Source: Lentisphaeria bacterium
Lineage (GTDB): Bacteria; Verrucomicrobiota; Lentisphaeria; Victivallales; Victivallaceae
NCBI GenBank assembly: GCA_022768375.1
Contig: JALEMG010000026.1
Coordinates: 2,259 to 66,258, forward strand
DNA: 64,000 bases
Direction of reading: 5' to 3'
Of this stretch, positions 29,235 to 38,818 are shown in pieces. Made by a program: the position numbers and the translations under genes. Under the pieces are notes generated by a model. It saw only the letters and a program-made list of their open reading frames with translations, did not search any database and was not told the DNA's origin. Within the stretch, counting starts at the first letter, position 1. Every line of letters begins with the position of its first letter.

Positions 29235-29550
29235 GGATGATTCCTCTTTTCTGTGATCGTCAGCGTCAAGAGGACACCGTCAAATGCAACGCCGCGCGGG
29301 GAATCGGTCCGGAGAGGCCCGATCTTTCAGATGCCGGAAATCAGAGCCCAGTCCGGCGGCTGAACCTTCCCGCGGCATTGCACCATCGAGGTCCGGGATC
29401 GTCATCGATACTGCTCATACATTCAGCCTCTGCCTGGATTGAAACTCAAAAAACGACGAAAACGCCGAACCGCAGTCCGGATCGTCACGTCCGACACCCC
29501 GTTAAAATAGCATATGGAAAAAACTTTTTCAACCCTTGAAATCCGGAAAT

Positions 29551-29579
29551 TTGCATTTTTATTGTACCTGTGGTATAGT
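29551..29579 (+). promoter_or_regulatory. sigma70-like promoter for mcsA-mcsB
   Basis: TTGCAT, 17-nt spacer, TATAGT with TG at -15/-14. It lies about 35 nt upstream of the mcsA ATG. Confidence 0.45.
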
Positions 29580-29613
29580 ATAGGAGGTTTTTCCGAGGAG
29601 CGAAAAGAGAGCC

Positions 29614-30189
29614 ATGTTGTGCGACAAATGTAAGAAAAATGAGGCGACCGTCCACATCAAGGAATTCCATGACGGCGCCTGCAGGACCATGCACCTCTGC
29701 AACGAGTGCGCCCGCAGAAAAGATTCCGAACTTCCTCTGGGGGAACTGAATGATCTCGGCGTCAATCTGGCCGAGGTGCTGTTCAATATCGAGAAATTCG
29801 CCAAAACCGTCCAAGCCGCGCCCCCCGGTCAGCCGGAGGGCGGCAAAGATGCGGAACTCGCCTGCCCGAAGTGTCACTGGACGGCCTCGATGATCAAAGA
29901 TTCCGGCGGCAAACTCGGCTGTCCGGAGTGTTATCGGACGTTCGGCAAGATGATCTCCGACGCCATCGCCCGCATTCAGCGCGGCACCATCCATCTGGGC
30001 AAGCGTCCGGGCGGGAATGCCGGAGCGGATTCCCCGGCCCGGATCAACGCGGAACTGCGCCATCTGCAGGCCGATCTCCGACGCATGATCGCCGGAGAGG
30101 AATATGAAGCCGCGGCGGTCTGCCGGGACCGGATCAGCGAACTCCGGGAGCAATTGGCGCGGACCGGAAGCGGAGGCGCGGAACAATGA
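29614..30189 (+). CDS. mcsA: protein arginine kinase activator (McsA-like, UVR domain protein)
   Basis: N-terminal CxxC zinc-finger pairs (CDKCKK...CNEC, CPKC...CPEC) and a C-terminal UVR motif (EEYEAAAVCRDRISEL). Confidence 0.75.
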   Translation: MLCDKCKKNEATVHIKEFHDGACRTMHLCNECARRKDSELPLGELNDLGVNLAEVLFNIEKFAKTVQAAPPGQPEGGKDAELACPKCHWTASMIKDSGGKLGCPECYRTFGKMISDAIARIQRGTIHLGKRPGGNAGADSPARINAELRHLQADLRRMIAGEEYEAAAVCRDRISELREQLARTGSGGAEQ

Positions 30190-31256
30190 GCGAAAATCCG
30201 ATCGACGATCTGTTGCGGCATCCGGTAAGTTTTCTTGACGACTCCGGGCCGGACGGAGATATCGCCATTTCCAGCCGCATCCGGCTGGCCCGCAACGTCG
30301 CCGGGCACCCGTTCCCGCCCGCGGCGTCGCCGAGTGAGCGGGAGGAACTGTGTGAGGAAGTCACCGCGGCGGTCGCGGGCATCCGGGTGCTGGGCGGCCC
30401 CGGAGCCGCCTGTTTCTCGCCGGGGACGATGAGCGATCTGGACTGCCGCATCCTGCTGGAACGCCGACTGGCCAGCAAGGAATTTTTCGCCCGCAAACCG
30501 GGCACCCGGCTGTTCGTCTGTCCGCAGGAGGCGTGTTCGCTGATGGTGAACGAGGAAGACCAGATCCGACTGCAGGTCATTCGGCCGGGATTGCAGTTGG
30601 AATCGGTGTGGCGGGAGATCGACGTGCTGGACGACGAACTGGGCAAGGTTCTGGAATTCGCCTTCGACGACCGCCTCGGATATTTGACCAGTTGTCCGAC
30701 CAATGTCGGCACCGGCATGCGGGTATCGGTCATGCTGCACCTGCCGGCGCTGGTGCTGGCCAAGCAGATCGCGCCGACCATTCACGGCATCGGCAAACTG
30801 CACATGGCGGTCCGGGGGATTTTCGGGGAAGGAACGGAAAATCTCGGCTGTCTCTTTCAGATATCCAATCAGAGTACGCTCGGGGAGAGCGAAAACCGGA
30901 TCATCGGCAATCTGGACCGGGTCATCAAGCAGTTGATCAACTGCGAAAAACTGGTTCGCCGGGAAATTCTGGAACACCGGCGGACTTATCTGCTCGACTA
31001 TGTGGGAAGAGCCTACGGTCTGCTGAAGTACAGTTACACCCTGTCGGAGAAAGAAGCCCTCAATTCCCTCTCCGGACTGCGCTTGGGGGCCGATCTGGGA
31101 CTGTTTCAGGACATCGACATCAAAAAGGTCAACGCGCTGTTCGTCGAAATCTCACCGGCGCATCTGCAGAAAAGGGCCGGCCTGGAGTTGTCTTCGGAGG
31201 CATGCAACGAATTCCGCGCCGCGTATTGCCGGGAAAAATTGCGGCAAAGTGCCTGA
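30186..31256 (+). CDS. mcsB: protein arginine kinase (ATP:guanido phosphotransferase)
   Basis: CPTNVGTGMR signature and guanido-kinase catalytic domain similarity. The start overlaps the mcsA stop. Confidence 0.9.
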   Translation: MSENPIDDLLRHPVSFLDDSGPDGDIAISSRIRLARNVAGHPFPPAASPSEREELCEEVTAAVAGIRVLGGPGAACFSPGTMSDLDCRILLERRLASKEFFARKPGTRLFVCPQEACSLMVNEEDQIRLQVIRPGLQLESVWREIDVLDDELGKVLEFAFDDRLGYLTSCPTNVGTGMRVSVMLHLPALVLAKQIAPTIHGIGKLHMAVRGIFGEGTENLGCLFQISNQSTLGESENRIIGNLDRVIKQLINCEKLVRREILEHRRTYLLDYVGRAYGLLKYSYTLSEKEALNSLSGLRLGADLGLFQDIDIKKVNALFVEISPAHLQKRAGLELSSEACNEFRAAYCREKLRQSA

Positions 31257-31436
31257 AAACATCGAAAATCGGTATATTTTCCCTGAGACCGCTTGATTTT
31301 TTCCGAATCGGTGGTAAATTAGGGGCAGTCCGTTTCAGATATCCGTTGTTTTAAAGACTTGTTTTTACCCCAGACAGGATCGGGACCCCGTGTTCCCGTA
31401 TTGCCGGGCCGGAATGGATTCGGAGTTTGACTTTTC

Positions 31437-32027
31437 ATGATTCTCGGAATTACCGGTGCGTTCGGATGCGGCAAAAGTACGGTATTGCGTTTTTTCGCCG
31501 CGAGATCGTGGCGCGTTTTTGACGCCGATTCCGTCTGCAAAAGTCTTTATGACAGTGGAGAAAAGGATGTTTTGGACGCGGTGAGGATCCATTTCGGCGC
31601 GGCGGCATTCACCCCGGACGGACGGGTGAATCCGGCGGTGCTGGGACAGGCGGCCTTCCGCGACCCGGCAAAAATGGCGGCGCTGACCGGAGTACTTTAT
31701 CCGAAACTGACGGAAAAACTGGAGCGGGAGATCGCGGAGTGCCGGCGGGAGCGCCGCAGCGGAGCATTCGAGATCCCCCTGCTGTACGAAAACAAATTTG
31801 AATCGCGCTTCGACGCGGTCCTGACGGTGTGGGCGCCGGAATCTTTGCGTCGGGAAAGGCTTCGCGGCCGCAATTTCACCGATGCGGACGTCGACCGCCG
31901 CAGCCGGATGCAGTGGAGCGCGGAAACCAAACTGGAACTTGCGGACTACGCGGTGATCAACACCGGGGAGCCGGAGGACCTCGCCGCGCAGTTGCGGGAA
32001 TTCGCCGCCGCAGCGGACTTGGGGTAG
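31437..32027 (+). CDS. coaE: dephospho-CoA kinase
   Basis: [15 protein letters not shown]-loop and a length of about 196 aa. Confidence 0.85.
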   Translation: MILGITGAFGCGKSTVLRFFAARSWRVFDADSVCKSLYDSGEKDVLDAVRIHFGAAAFTPDGRVNPAVLGQAAFRDPAKMAALTGVLYPKLTEKLEREIAECRRERRSGAFEIPLLYENKFESRFDAVLTVWAPESLRRERLRGRNFTDADVDRRSRMQWSAETKLELADYAVINTGEPEDLAAQLREFAAAADLG

Positions 32028-32059
32028 TATTTTTACAACCTTCAGAAAGGATATTCGAC

Positions 32060-33772
32060 ATGAGCAACGAAAACGATCTGTTTTCTCAACTTCCGGACAA
32101 TGAACCGTCCGCCGCCGCTCCCCGGCGGCGCGGACGCCCCCGCAAAGTCAGGACCGACCTTCCGCCCACGGAGTCCGAGGGGAGTTTTTCCGCTCAGGCC
32201 CCCGATCCCACCGCGGTCGTCGCTCCGGGCGTTCCGGCGGGTCAGCCGGAATCGCAGGAACCGGAGTACGTCGTGCCTCCGGCCGCCCCGGTCGCGGCGG
32301 GACCGGAATCTCCGAACCGGGACCTTCCCGAGTCCGGCCGTGACGGGAACAACCGTCCCCGGCAGTTCAGCGGCAATCAGGACAACAACGGCAATCGGCG
32401 GGATCGCTTCCGCCGGAACAAGAACAACCGCAACAACAATCACCGCAGCAATCCCGACCGCGGCGACTTCCGGGATGACGAGGAAGACCTGCCGCCGGTC
32501 GATCCCAATGCTCCGACGCTCAACATCACCGATCTGCAGAATAAATCCATCGTCGAACTGGCGGAAATGGGCGCGCAACTGGGCATCGAAGGCATCGGCG
32601 CACTGGAAAAATCCACGCTGATCTGCGAGATCCTGCGGGCCAATGCGGAAAAATGCGGTCTGCTCTACGGCAGCGGTTATCTGGAAGTCCTGCCGGACGG
32701 ATTCGGATTCCTCCGTTCCCCCGCGTACAGTTATCTGCCTTCTTCCGAGGACATCTATCTCAGTCCCTCCCAGATCAAGCGGTTCGCGCTCAAGACCGGA
32801 GACTTCATCACCGGCCAGATCCGTACCCCCCGGGAAAAGGAACGCTTCTTCGCCATGCTGAAAGTCGAAACCATCAACAACGACTCTCCGGAACGCAAGA
32901 AGCAGATCATTCCCTTCACCAGTCTGGAACCCTATTTCCCGACCCAGCGCCTGATCCTGGAACGGGACCCCGCCGACTACTCCACCCGGGTGGTCGATCT
33001 GGTCACGCCCATCGGCAAGGGGCAGCGCGGATTGATCGTGGCCCCTCCCCGCACCGGCAAAACCGTGCTGCTGCAGAAAATCGCCAAAAGCATCCGGGCC
33101 AACAATCCGGAAGTGACCCTGATCATCCTGCTCATCGACGAGCGTCCCGAGGAAGTCACCGACATGGAACGAAGCATCGACGCCGAGGTGGTCAGTTCGA
33201 CCTTTGACGAACCGCCGGAACGCCACGCGCAGGTGGCGGAGATGGTCATTGAAAAAGCCAAGCGAATGGTCGAATACGGCAAGGATGTGGTCATTCTCCT
33301 GGACAGCATCACCCGGCTGGCCCGGGCCTACAACACCCTCCAGCCTCACAGTGGCAAGATCCTCACCGGCGGCGTGGACGCCACCGCGCTTCACAAGCCG
33401 AAACGCTTTTTCGGTGCGGCGCGGAACATCGAAAATCACGGCAGTCTGACCATCATCGCCACCGCGCTGATCGAAACCGGCAGCCGCATGGATGATGTGA
33501 TCTTCGAGGAGTTCAAAGGCACCGGCAATATGGAACTGCATCTGGACCGCAACGTCTCCGACCGGCGGATCTACCCGGCCATCAACATCGAAAAGTCCGG
33601 CACCCGCAAGGAGGAACTGCTGCTGCATCCCGATGAGTTGAGCAAGGTGTGGCTGCTGCGCAAGGCCGTCAACGGCGTACCGTCGGCGGAAGCCATGGAA
33701 ATGGTGCTGGGCAGACTGAAAAAATGCCGGACCAACATCGAGTTTCTGGTCACACTGCAGCCGGAGCGGTAG
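32060..33772 (+). CDS. rho: transcription termination factor Rho with a disordered N-terminal extension of about 150 aa
   Basis: Rho_N helix bundle ([16 protein letters not shown]), a cold-shock-like RNA-binding domain and Walker A APPRTGKT. The ATG at 32060 lies inside the longer 31829 ORF. Confidence 0.95.
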   Translation: MSNENDLFSQLPDNEPSAAAPRRRGRPRKVRTDLPPTESEGSFSAQAPDPTAVVAPGVPAGQPESQEPEYVVPPAAPVAAGPESPNRDLPESGRDGNNRPRQFSGNQDNNGNRRDRFRRNKNNRNNNHRSNPDRGDFRDDEEDLPPVDPNAPTLNITDLQNKSIVELAEMGAQLGIEGIGALEKSTLICEILRANAEKCGLLYGSGYLEVLPDGFGFLRSPAYSYLPSSEDIYLSPSQIKRFALKTGDFITGQIRTPREKERFFAMLKVETINNDSPERKKQIIPFTSLEPYFPTQRLILERDPADYSTRVVDLVTPIGKGQRGLIVAPPRTGKTVLLQKIAKSIRANNPEVTLIILLIDERPEEVTDMERSIDAEVVSSTFDEPPERHAQVAEMVIEKAKRMVEYGKDVVILLDSITRLARAYNTLQPHSGKILTGGVDATALHKPKRFFGAARNIENHGSLTIIATALIETGSRMDDVIFEEFKGTGNMELHLDRNVSDRRIYPAINIEKSGTRKEELLLHPDELSKVWLLRKAVNGVPSAEAMEMVLGRLKKCRTNIEFLVTLQPER

Positions 33773-33811
33773 TTCCGGCGCTCCGGCGCCGTTTCGGAAG
33801 GAGGTCGCATC

Positions 33812-34120
33812 ATGTCGCTGAAAAAAGAGACCCGGGCCACACTGTGGTGGCTGCTTTTCATCGTCATTGCCGCGGTGATGACGGGGCTGTTTCTTTACCC
33901 GCGTTACCAACTGCTGCGCGAAAATCAGCGAAAACTGCGGCGGCAGCAGGAGCAATTGGCCCGCAAAAAGGGCGAAAGGGTGAAATTGCGTGACGATGTG
34001 GAGGCTCTGAAAACGTCCCCGGAGGCCGTGGAACGCGTCGCCCGGGAAAAATACCAGATGGCGGGAGCCGATGAAACCATCCTGGTTTACACCGCCCCCC
34101 GCCCCGGAGAGGAAAAATAA
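33812..34120 (+). CDS. ftsB: septum formation initiator (FtsB/DivIC family)
   Basis: Single TM plus a coiled coil, with the conserved tail REKYQMAGADETI. Confidence 0.6.
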   Translation: MSLKKETRATLWWLLFIVIAAVMTGLFLYPRYQLLRENQRKLRRQQEQLARKKGERVKLRDDVEALKTSPEAVERVAREKYQMAGADETILVYTAPRPGEEK

Positions 34121-34140
34121 AAATTTTTCAAGATCCGCTA

Positions 34141-34169
34141 TTGCAAAAAAAGATATTGTTCCGTATATT
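34141..34169 (+). promoter_or_regulatory. sigma70-like promoter for the LysM lipoprotein gene
   Basis: TTGCAA, 17-nt spacer, TATATT in an AT-rich intergenic patch. Confidence 0.45.
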
Positions 34170-34222
34170 ATGGCATGGTAATCCAGTTGCACGACAAACA
34201 ATTTTTCAGGGAGGAAAAAGAA

Positions 34223-35233
34223 GTGCGTAAGGTAATTTTTTTCGCGGCGGCCGCCGGCATGGGCGTGCTGCTCACCGGGTGTCCGTCCGATGTGATGACC
34301 GACCGGCGTTACATCCCGGCTCCGTCCGATAACGTTCCGCTGACCGATTCGGAGGTCAAGGCTCCGGCGACGGAGGAGCTCGTTGCGGATGCGCCGAGCG
34401 CAACTGCGCAGGAATCCGCCAAAACGGTCGCGGCCTACGAGCCTATGACTGATGCGGTCCCGAGCGGCGGGGTGGATTCCGCCGCCGTCGCGGACAAAGC
34501 CGGCAAAACCGGCAAGGCAGAGGGGGGAACGTACATCGTCCGGCGCGGCGATACTCCGGAACGCATCGCCCGCCGTCACAAAGTCAAACTCGGCGACCTC
34601 ATGCAGGCCAACAATCTGGATCAGGACTCCGCCAGGAAACTGCGGATCGGCCAGAAACTGATCATCCCCGGCAAAAGCAATGCGACAACCGCCAAAGCCG
34701 CGACGAGATCCGGACGGAAGGGCGGCATCTCCGCCGCGGCCGCAACTCCGGCTTCGGCGCCCGCGCTGGAGGGCGGCAAATACACGGTCAAATCCGGCGA
34801 CACGCCGGAACGCATCGCCCGCCGGTTCAAGATCAAACTCTCCGATTTGCTGTCGGCCAACAGTCTGGATGAGAATTCCGCCAGAAAACTGCAGATCGGG
34901 CAGAAGTTGATCATCCCCGGCAAGGCGGATTCCGTAGTCGTCCCTGCCTCCGCTCCGGCGGCAGCCCCGGCGGCAACTCCGGCTCCCGCGGCGGCGGAAG
35001 CGGCCGCGGCCGACGCCGCCAACCCCGCGGCAACGGAAGTCGTCTCGGAGGATGCGGTCCCGGCAACGGAAGCGACCGAGCAGATCGACGCGGTTGAGGT
35101 GTCGGAAGACACGACCTTCGCGGAGTTCGCCGCCAAACGCGGCATCACCGAGGAGGAACTGCGCAGGTTGAACAGCGGCAATACCGCGACCAAACTCAAC
35201 AAGGGCGATATGATTTTCGTTCCGAAAAAGTAA
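34223..35233 (+). CDS. LysM-domain peptidoglycan-binding lipoprotein
   Basis: GTG start after GGGAGG gives a signal peptide ending LLTGC. There are two near-identical LysM repeats (Y.V..GDTPERIARR...) and a third, degenerate LysM at the C-terminus. Confidence 0.75.
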   Translation: MRKVIFFAAAAGMGVLLTGCPSDVMTDRRYIPAPSDNVPLTDSEVKAPATEELVADAPSATAQESAKTVAAYEPMTDAVPSGGVDSAAVADKAGKTGKAEGGTYIVRRGDTPERIARRHKVKLGDLMQANNLDQDSARKLRIGQKLIIPGKSNATTAKAATRSGRKGGISAAAATPASAPALEGGKYTVKSGDTPERIARRFKIKLSDLLSANSLDENSARKLQIGQKLIIPGKADSVVVPASAPAAAPAATPAPAAAEAAAADAANPAATEVVSEDAVPATEATEQIDAVEVSEDTTFAEFAAKRGITEEELRRLNSGNTATKLNKGDMIFVPKK

Positions 35234-35253
35234 TCGTCCGCCAAGCCTTGTTT

Positions 35254-35298
35254 TTGACCCGTTCCATGCTATATTGTTACAGTAGTGAAACGGGTCAA
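35254..35298. promoter_or_regulatory. perfect 10-bp inverted repeat (TTGACCCGTT / AACGGGTCAA) upstream of the BI-1 gene
   Basis: Arms at 35254-35263 and 35289-35298 bracket a TATATT box. It could be an operator or the terminator stem of the upstream gene. Confidence 0.3.
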
Positions 35299-35324
35299 CG
35301 TTTATCATAAGGAGAAAATGTCCC

Positions 35325-36035
35325 ATGAGTCTGCAAGTCGACACTTTGCTGCTCCATCGTTCCGAAGACGCGGTACGCATCCAGAACGGTTTCATCAACC
35401 GGGTATTCGGCTGGATGACCCTCGGATTGGCCGTGACCGGATTCGTGGCCTTCGGCTTCGCGCGAAACCCGGGCTGGATGGTCGGCCATCCAATCATCTT
35501 TCTGGCGTTGCTGGGAGCGCAGTTGGTTATGGTGATCACGCTGGGCGCGGCGATCCGCAGGATATCCCCGGCGGCGGCGTTTCTGGGCTTCATCGTCTTT
35601 GCGGCGCTCAACGGCATGACCCTTTCGGTGATATTCCTGACCTACACGGAAAGTTCCATCGCCCAGACGTTTTTCGTCACCAGTCTGACTTTCGGCATCA
35701 TGGGACTGTACGGTTGGGTCACGAAACGGGACCTGACCGCGCTGGGCAGCCTCTGCGTCATGGGGCTGATCGGTCTTATTCTCGCGTCGCTGGTCAATCT
35801 TTTTACCCGCAGTTCCCGCTTCGATCTGATCATCAGCGCGGTCGGCATCCTGCTTTTTGTCGGGCTGACTGCTTATGACACGCAGAAGATCAAGCGTCTT
35901 GCCGTCGGGGTCGGTGAGGGTGTTCTTTCCGAGGCGGACAGCCGGCGGGCGGCGGTGCTGGGGGCATTAACGCTCTATTTGGACTTCATCAATCTGTTTC
36001 TGTATCTGCTGCGGTTTTTCGGCCGACGCAAGTAA
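35325..36035 (+). CDS. Bax inhibitor-1/YccA-family membrane protein
   Basis: Seven-TM profile and BI-1-like N- and C-terminal sequences (FINRVFGWM..., YLDFINLFLYLLR). Confidence 0.85.
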   Translation: MSLQVDTLLLHRSEDAVRIQNGFINRVFGWMTLGLAVTGFVAFGFARNPGWMVGHPIIFLALLGAQLVMVITLGAAIRRISPAAAFLGFIVFAALNGMTLSVIFLTYTESSIAQTFFVTSLTFGIMGLYGWVTKRDLTALGSLCVMGLIGLILASLVNLFTRSSRFDLIISAVGILLFVGLTAYDTQKIKRLAVGVGEGVLSEADSRRAAVLGALTLYLDFINLFLYLLRFFGRRK

Positions 36036-36044
36036 TTTGACACC

Positions 36045-36665
36045 ATGCATGTTCTTATCAGCGCCGGACCGACCCGGGAAAAGATCGACCCGGTCCGGTT
36101 CATCTCCAATCGTTCCAGCGGCCGCATGGGGTACGCTCTGGCCGCCGCGGCGGTACGGGCCGGTCATCGGGTGACGCTGGTTTCCGGTCCGGTCGCCCTG
36201 CCATGCCCGGAGGGAGCAAAGCGCATCTCCGTGGAATCGGCGGCGGAAATGGCGGCGGCGATCCGCGGATGCGCCGACGACGCCGACGTCATCATCATGG
36301 CGGCGGCGGTGGCGGATTACCGTCCGGTGGTCCCGGAAAGCCGGAAAATGAAAAAACAGCCGGGAGAGTTGGTCTTGAAACTGGAACGGACGGAAGATAT
36401 CCTTGCCGCGCTGGGACAGAGCAAACGCCCGGGACAGATTCTGGTGGGATTCGCCGCCGAGACCGACGATTTGGAATGCAATGCGCTGGACAAACTGCGC
36501 CGAAAAAATCTGGATTGGATTGCCGCGAACTGGGTCAGAGACGGGTTCGGAACGCCCGACAATGCGCTGGTGGTGTTCCATCGCGGCGGCGAACGGCATG
36601 TACTGGAGAATTCTCCGAAAGAAATTTTGGCGGCAAGGCTTCTGCGCCTGATCCTGCCGGATTGA
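36045..36665 (+). CDS. coaB: phosphopantothenate-cysteine ligase (stand-alone CoaB domain)
   Basis: ISAGPTREKIDPVRFISNRSSGRMG motif. At 206 aa there is no CoaC flavoprotein domain. Confidence 0.8.
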   Translation: MHVLISAGPTREKIDPVRFISNRSSGRMGYALAAAAVRAGHRVTLVSGPVALPCPEGAKRISVESAAEMAAAIRGCADDADVIIMAAAVADYRPVVPESRKMKKQPGELVLKLERTEDILAALGQSKRPGQILVGFAAETDDLECNALDKLRRKNLDWIAANWVRDGFGTPDNALVVFHRGGERHVLENSPKEILAARLLRLILPD

Positions 36666-36672
36666 GGGTGCA

Positions 36673-37554
36673 ATGGATGTGAATTACATCGACCGGGAAA
36701 CCGGTCAGGTCTGTACGGAGAGTGTACTGGGGGACAAGGCATTGCGCTTTGCCTACGAAACTTTGCTGGGGCGGGCGTTGTGGCCGGGGCTGTTTTACGG
36801 CCGCTGGGCCTCGGCTCTGCTGGGCCGGTATTACGACAGCCGCCGGTCGCGCCGGGCCATTGCCGCGCTGGCTGCCACGCCGGGACTGCGGGCGGAGGAA
36901 GCGGAAAAACCGTGGACCGAATACGCCACTTTCAACGAATTTTTCACCCGGAAACTCAAACCGGGGACCCGTCCGGCGGCTTCCGGCGAGGGCGTCCTGT
37001 GCGCCCCCGCAGACGGCAGACTGCTGGTATATCCCGACATCGCGCCGGACGCGGCGGTGCCGGTAAAAGGCGTGGTGCGCTCGCTGGAACACCTCTGCGG
37101 CCATCCGTTGTCAGCCCGGCGTTACGGCGTTGCAGTAGTCCGGTTGGCCCCGGTGGACTATCACAGGTTTCACTATCCCTGCGACTGCGAACAAGCCGGC
37201 GAACCCAGGCGCATTCCCGGCAAGTACCACTCGGTGAATCCGATAGCGTTCCGGCGTGCCCCGGATGTCTTTACGGAAAACGCCCGAGCGGTCTCGGAAC
37301 TCGTTTCACCGGTTTTCGGTTCGATGATCTATCTCGAAGTCGGGGCTTTCGGCGTCGGTTCCATCATCCATACCGCCGCAAGCGGACCGCACCGGAAACT
37401 GGATGAAAAAGGGTACTTCAAATTCGGCGGTTCCACCGTCATTCTGATTTTGGAACAGGATAAAATCATGTTCGACGCCGATCTGGTGGAAAACTCCCGC
37501 AATGCTCTGGAAACGCTGATCCGCTGCGGCGACCGGATCGGCGGCCGGCCATAG
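36673..37554 (+). CDS. psd: phosphatidylserine decarboxylase proenzyme
   Basis: PSD-family sequence with the self-cleavage motif FKFGGSTVI. Confidence 0.8.
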   Translation: MDVNYIDRETGQVCTESVLGDKALRFAYETLLGRALWPGLFYGRWASALLGRYYDSRRSRRAIAALAATPGLRAEEAEKPWTEYATFNEFFTRKLKPGTRPAASGEGVLCAPADGRLLVYPDIAPDAAVPVKGVVRSLEHLCGHPLSARRYGVAVVRLAPVDYHRFHYPCDCEQAGEPRRIPGKYHSVNPIAFRRAPDVFTENARAVSELVSPVFGSMIYLEVGAFGVGSIIHTAASGPHRKLDEKGYFKFGGSTVILILEQDKIMFDADLVENSRNALETLIRCGDRIGGRP

Positions 37555-37581
37555 ACACAATAAACGGGGAAGCGGCGGGGG

Positions 37582-38730
37582 ATGGGGATGCGGTGTCCAA
37601 GATGCGGTTCAGAATTGCACCGAACCACCGGCGGCGGTTACCGTTGTCCCGCCGGGTGCGGCCAATTTCTGACGCTGGCGGCGCTGCGCGCGGCGGGCGC
37701 GCCGGGACAACTGACGGCGGAGTTGTGGCGCAACGCCCGGATCGGCAACACCATTCCCGGCCTCCCCTGCCCCAACTGCCGTCGAACCATGCAGCAGTTG
37801 AAACTGGGCGACGGGAACGTCACCTTTGATCTGGACATCTGCACGGGATGTCAGTCGCTGTGGTTCGACGCCGGAGAGTTTGAACATCTGGGGCTGCCCG
37901 TGGAGCCTCCCCCCGCGCCGCCGCGCCCGGAATTGAAAGACCTGCGGCCGATCACCGCCGGATACGACCATCTGCCGGATTCCGACGACCTGACGCTCCG
38001 CACCATCCTGCCCGCACTGCTGGGGCTGCCGGTGGAGCAGTATCCGCGAAAACTGTCCCGGCTTCCCTTTGTCACCTGGGGACTGGCACTGCTCTGCCTG
38101 GCCGTCCATGGCGTGCTTCTGTGGCGGGGGGAACTCGCTTCGGCCATTGCGGATTGGGGGATGATTCCCGATCAGTGGCAGAGACACCACGGGCTGACCC
38201 TGCTCAGCAGCATGTTTCTCCACGCGGGGATACTGCACCTGCTGGGCAATGTCTATTTTTTGCTGATGTGCGGCGACGACGCGGAGGATGTATTGGGGCA
38301 CGGCGGGTACATTCTGCTGGTCCTGCTGTCCGGGCTGAGCGCGGATATGCTGCACACTCTATCCGGAGGCGCCCCGGGGATCCCGTGCGTCGGAGCCAGC
38401 GGCTTCATCAGCGGGATTCTCGCGTTTTACGCCATGACATTTCCCCGGGCGACCATCGGAATATATCTGTGGTCAAGACCGGGAGGGATTCTGTTTGCCA
38501 TGCACCGCTTCCGGCTGAATCTGCCGGCGTGGGGATGGTTTGCGATCTACGTGATCATCCAACTGTCGGCGGCGTGGCTGGACCGAAGCGGGCGTATCGC
38601 GTACTTTGCCCACTTGGGCGGGATCATCCCCGGCGTCGTTTTCGCCGTGCTGAACCGGTGCGGACGCGACGTGCCGGATGTCGTTGCTCCAAACGGCAAC
38701 GGAAATCACATCATCGGAAAAACTTCTTGA
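37582..38730 (+). CDS. rhomboid-family intramembrane serine protease with N-terminal zinc-ribbon domains
   Basis: CPRCG...CPAGC and CPNC...CTGC ribbons (zf-TFIIB-like, WFDAGEFEHL). The rhomboid core carries GASGFISG and AHLGG. Confidence 0.8.
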   Translation: MGMRCPRCGSELHRTTGGGYRCPAGCGQFLTLAALRAAGAPGQLTAELWRNARIGNTIPGLPCPNCRRTMQQLKLGDGNVTFDLDICTGCQSLWFDAGEFEHLGLPVEPPPAPPRPELKDLRPITAGYDHLPDSDDLTLRTILPALLGLPVEQYPRKLSRLPFVTWGLALLCLAVHGVLLWRGELASAIADWGMIPDQWQRHHGLTLLSSMFLHAGILHLLGNVYFLLMCGDDAEDVLGHGGYILLVLLSGLSADMLHTLSGGAPGIPCVGASGFISGILAFYAMTFPRATIGIYLWSRPGGILFAMHRFRLNLPAWGWFAIYVIIQLSAAWLDRSGRIAYFAHLGGIIPGVVFAVLNRCGRDVPDVVAPNGNGNHIIGKTS

Positions 38731-38755
38731 TTTTGAAAACTGCCAGTGCTATATT
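38727..38755 (+). promoter_or_regulatory. sigma70-like promoter for the giant ORF
   Basis: TTGATT, 17-nt spacer, TATATT in the AT-rich gap. A GGGAGGG Shine-Dalgarno lies 7 nt before the ATG at 38819. Confidence 0.4.
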
Positions 38756-38818
38756 ACTGCGATAGTTATGCATTTTTGATCGGGAATACGAAAATATATA
38801 TTTCGGGAGGGTTGAAGG

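Noticed and set aside
29237-29539. 100-aa ORF in the corA-mcsA intergenic region
   Set aside because: It has no RBS, an arbitrary composition, and it overlaps the proposed mcsA promoter. The region is more plausibly non-coding leader or promoter DNA.
29235-29613. CtsR operator (GGTCAAA heptad repeat), CIRCE element or M-box riboswitch
   Set aside because: I could not find the CtsR heptads or the TTAGCACTC-N9-GAGTGCTAA palindrome by eye, and I cannot verify an M-box without a covariance model. Nothing is claimed here.
32042-35617. 1191-aa minus-strand ORF spanning rho, ftsB and the LysM gene
   Set aside because: It crosses three well-supported plus-strand genes and two intergenic promoters. 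It has no motifs and a composition dominated by R/G/A/P, so it is a high-GC artefact.
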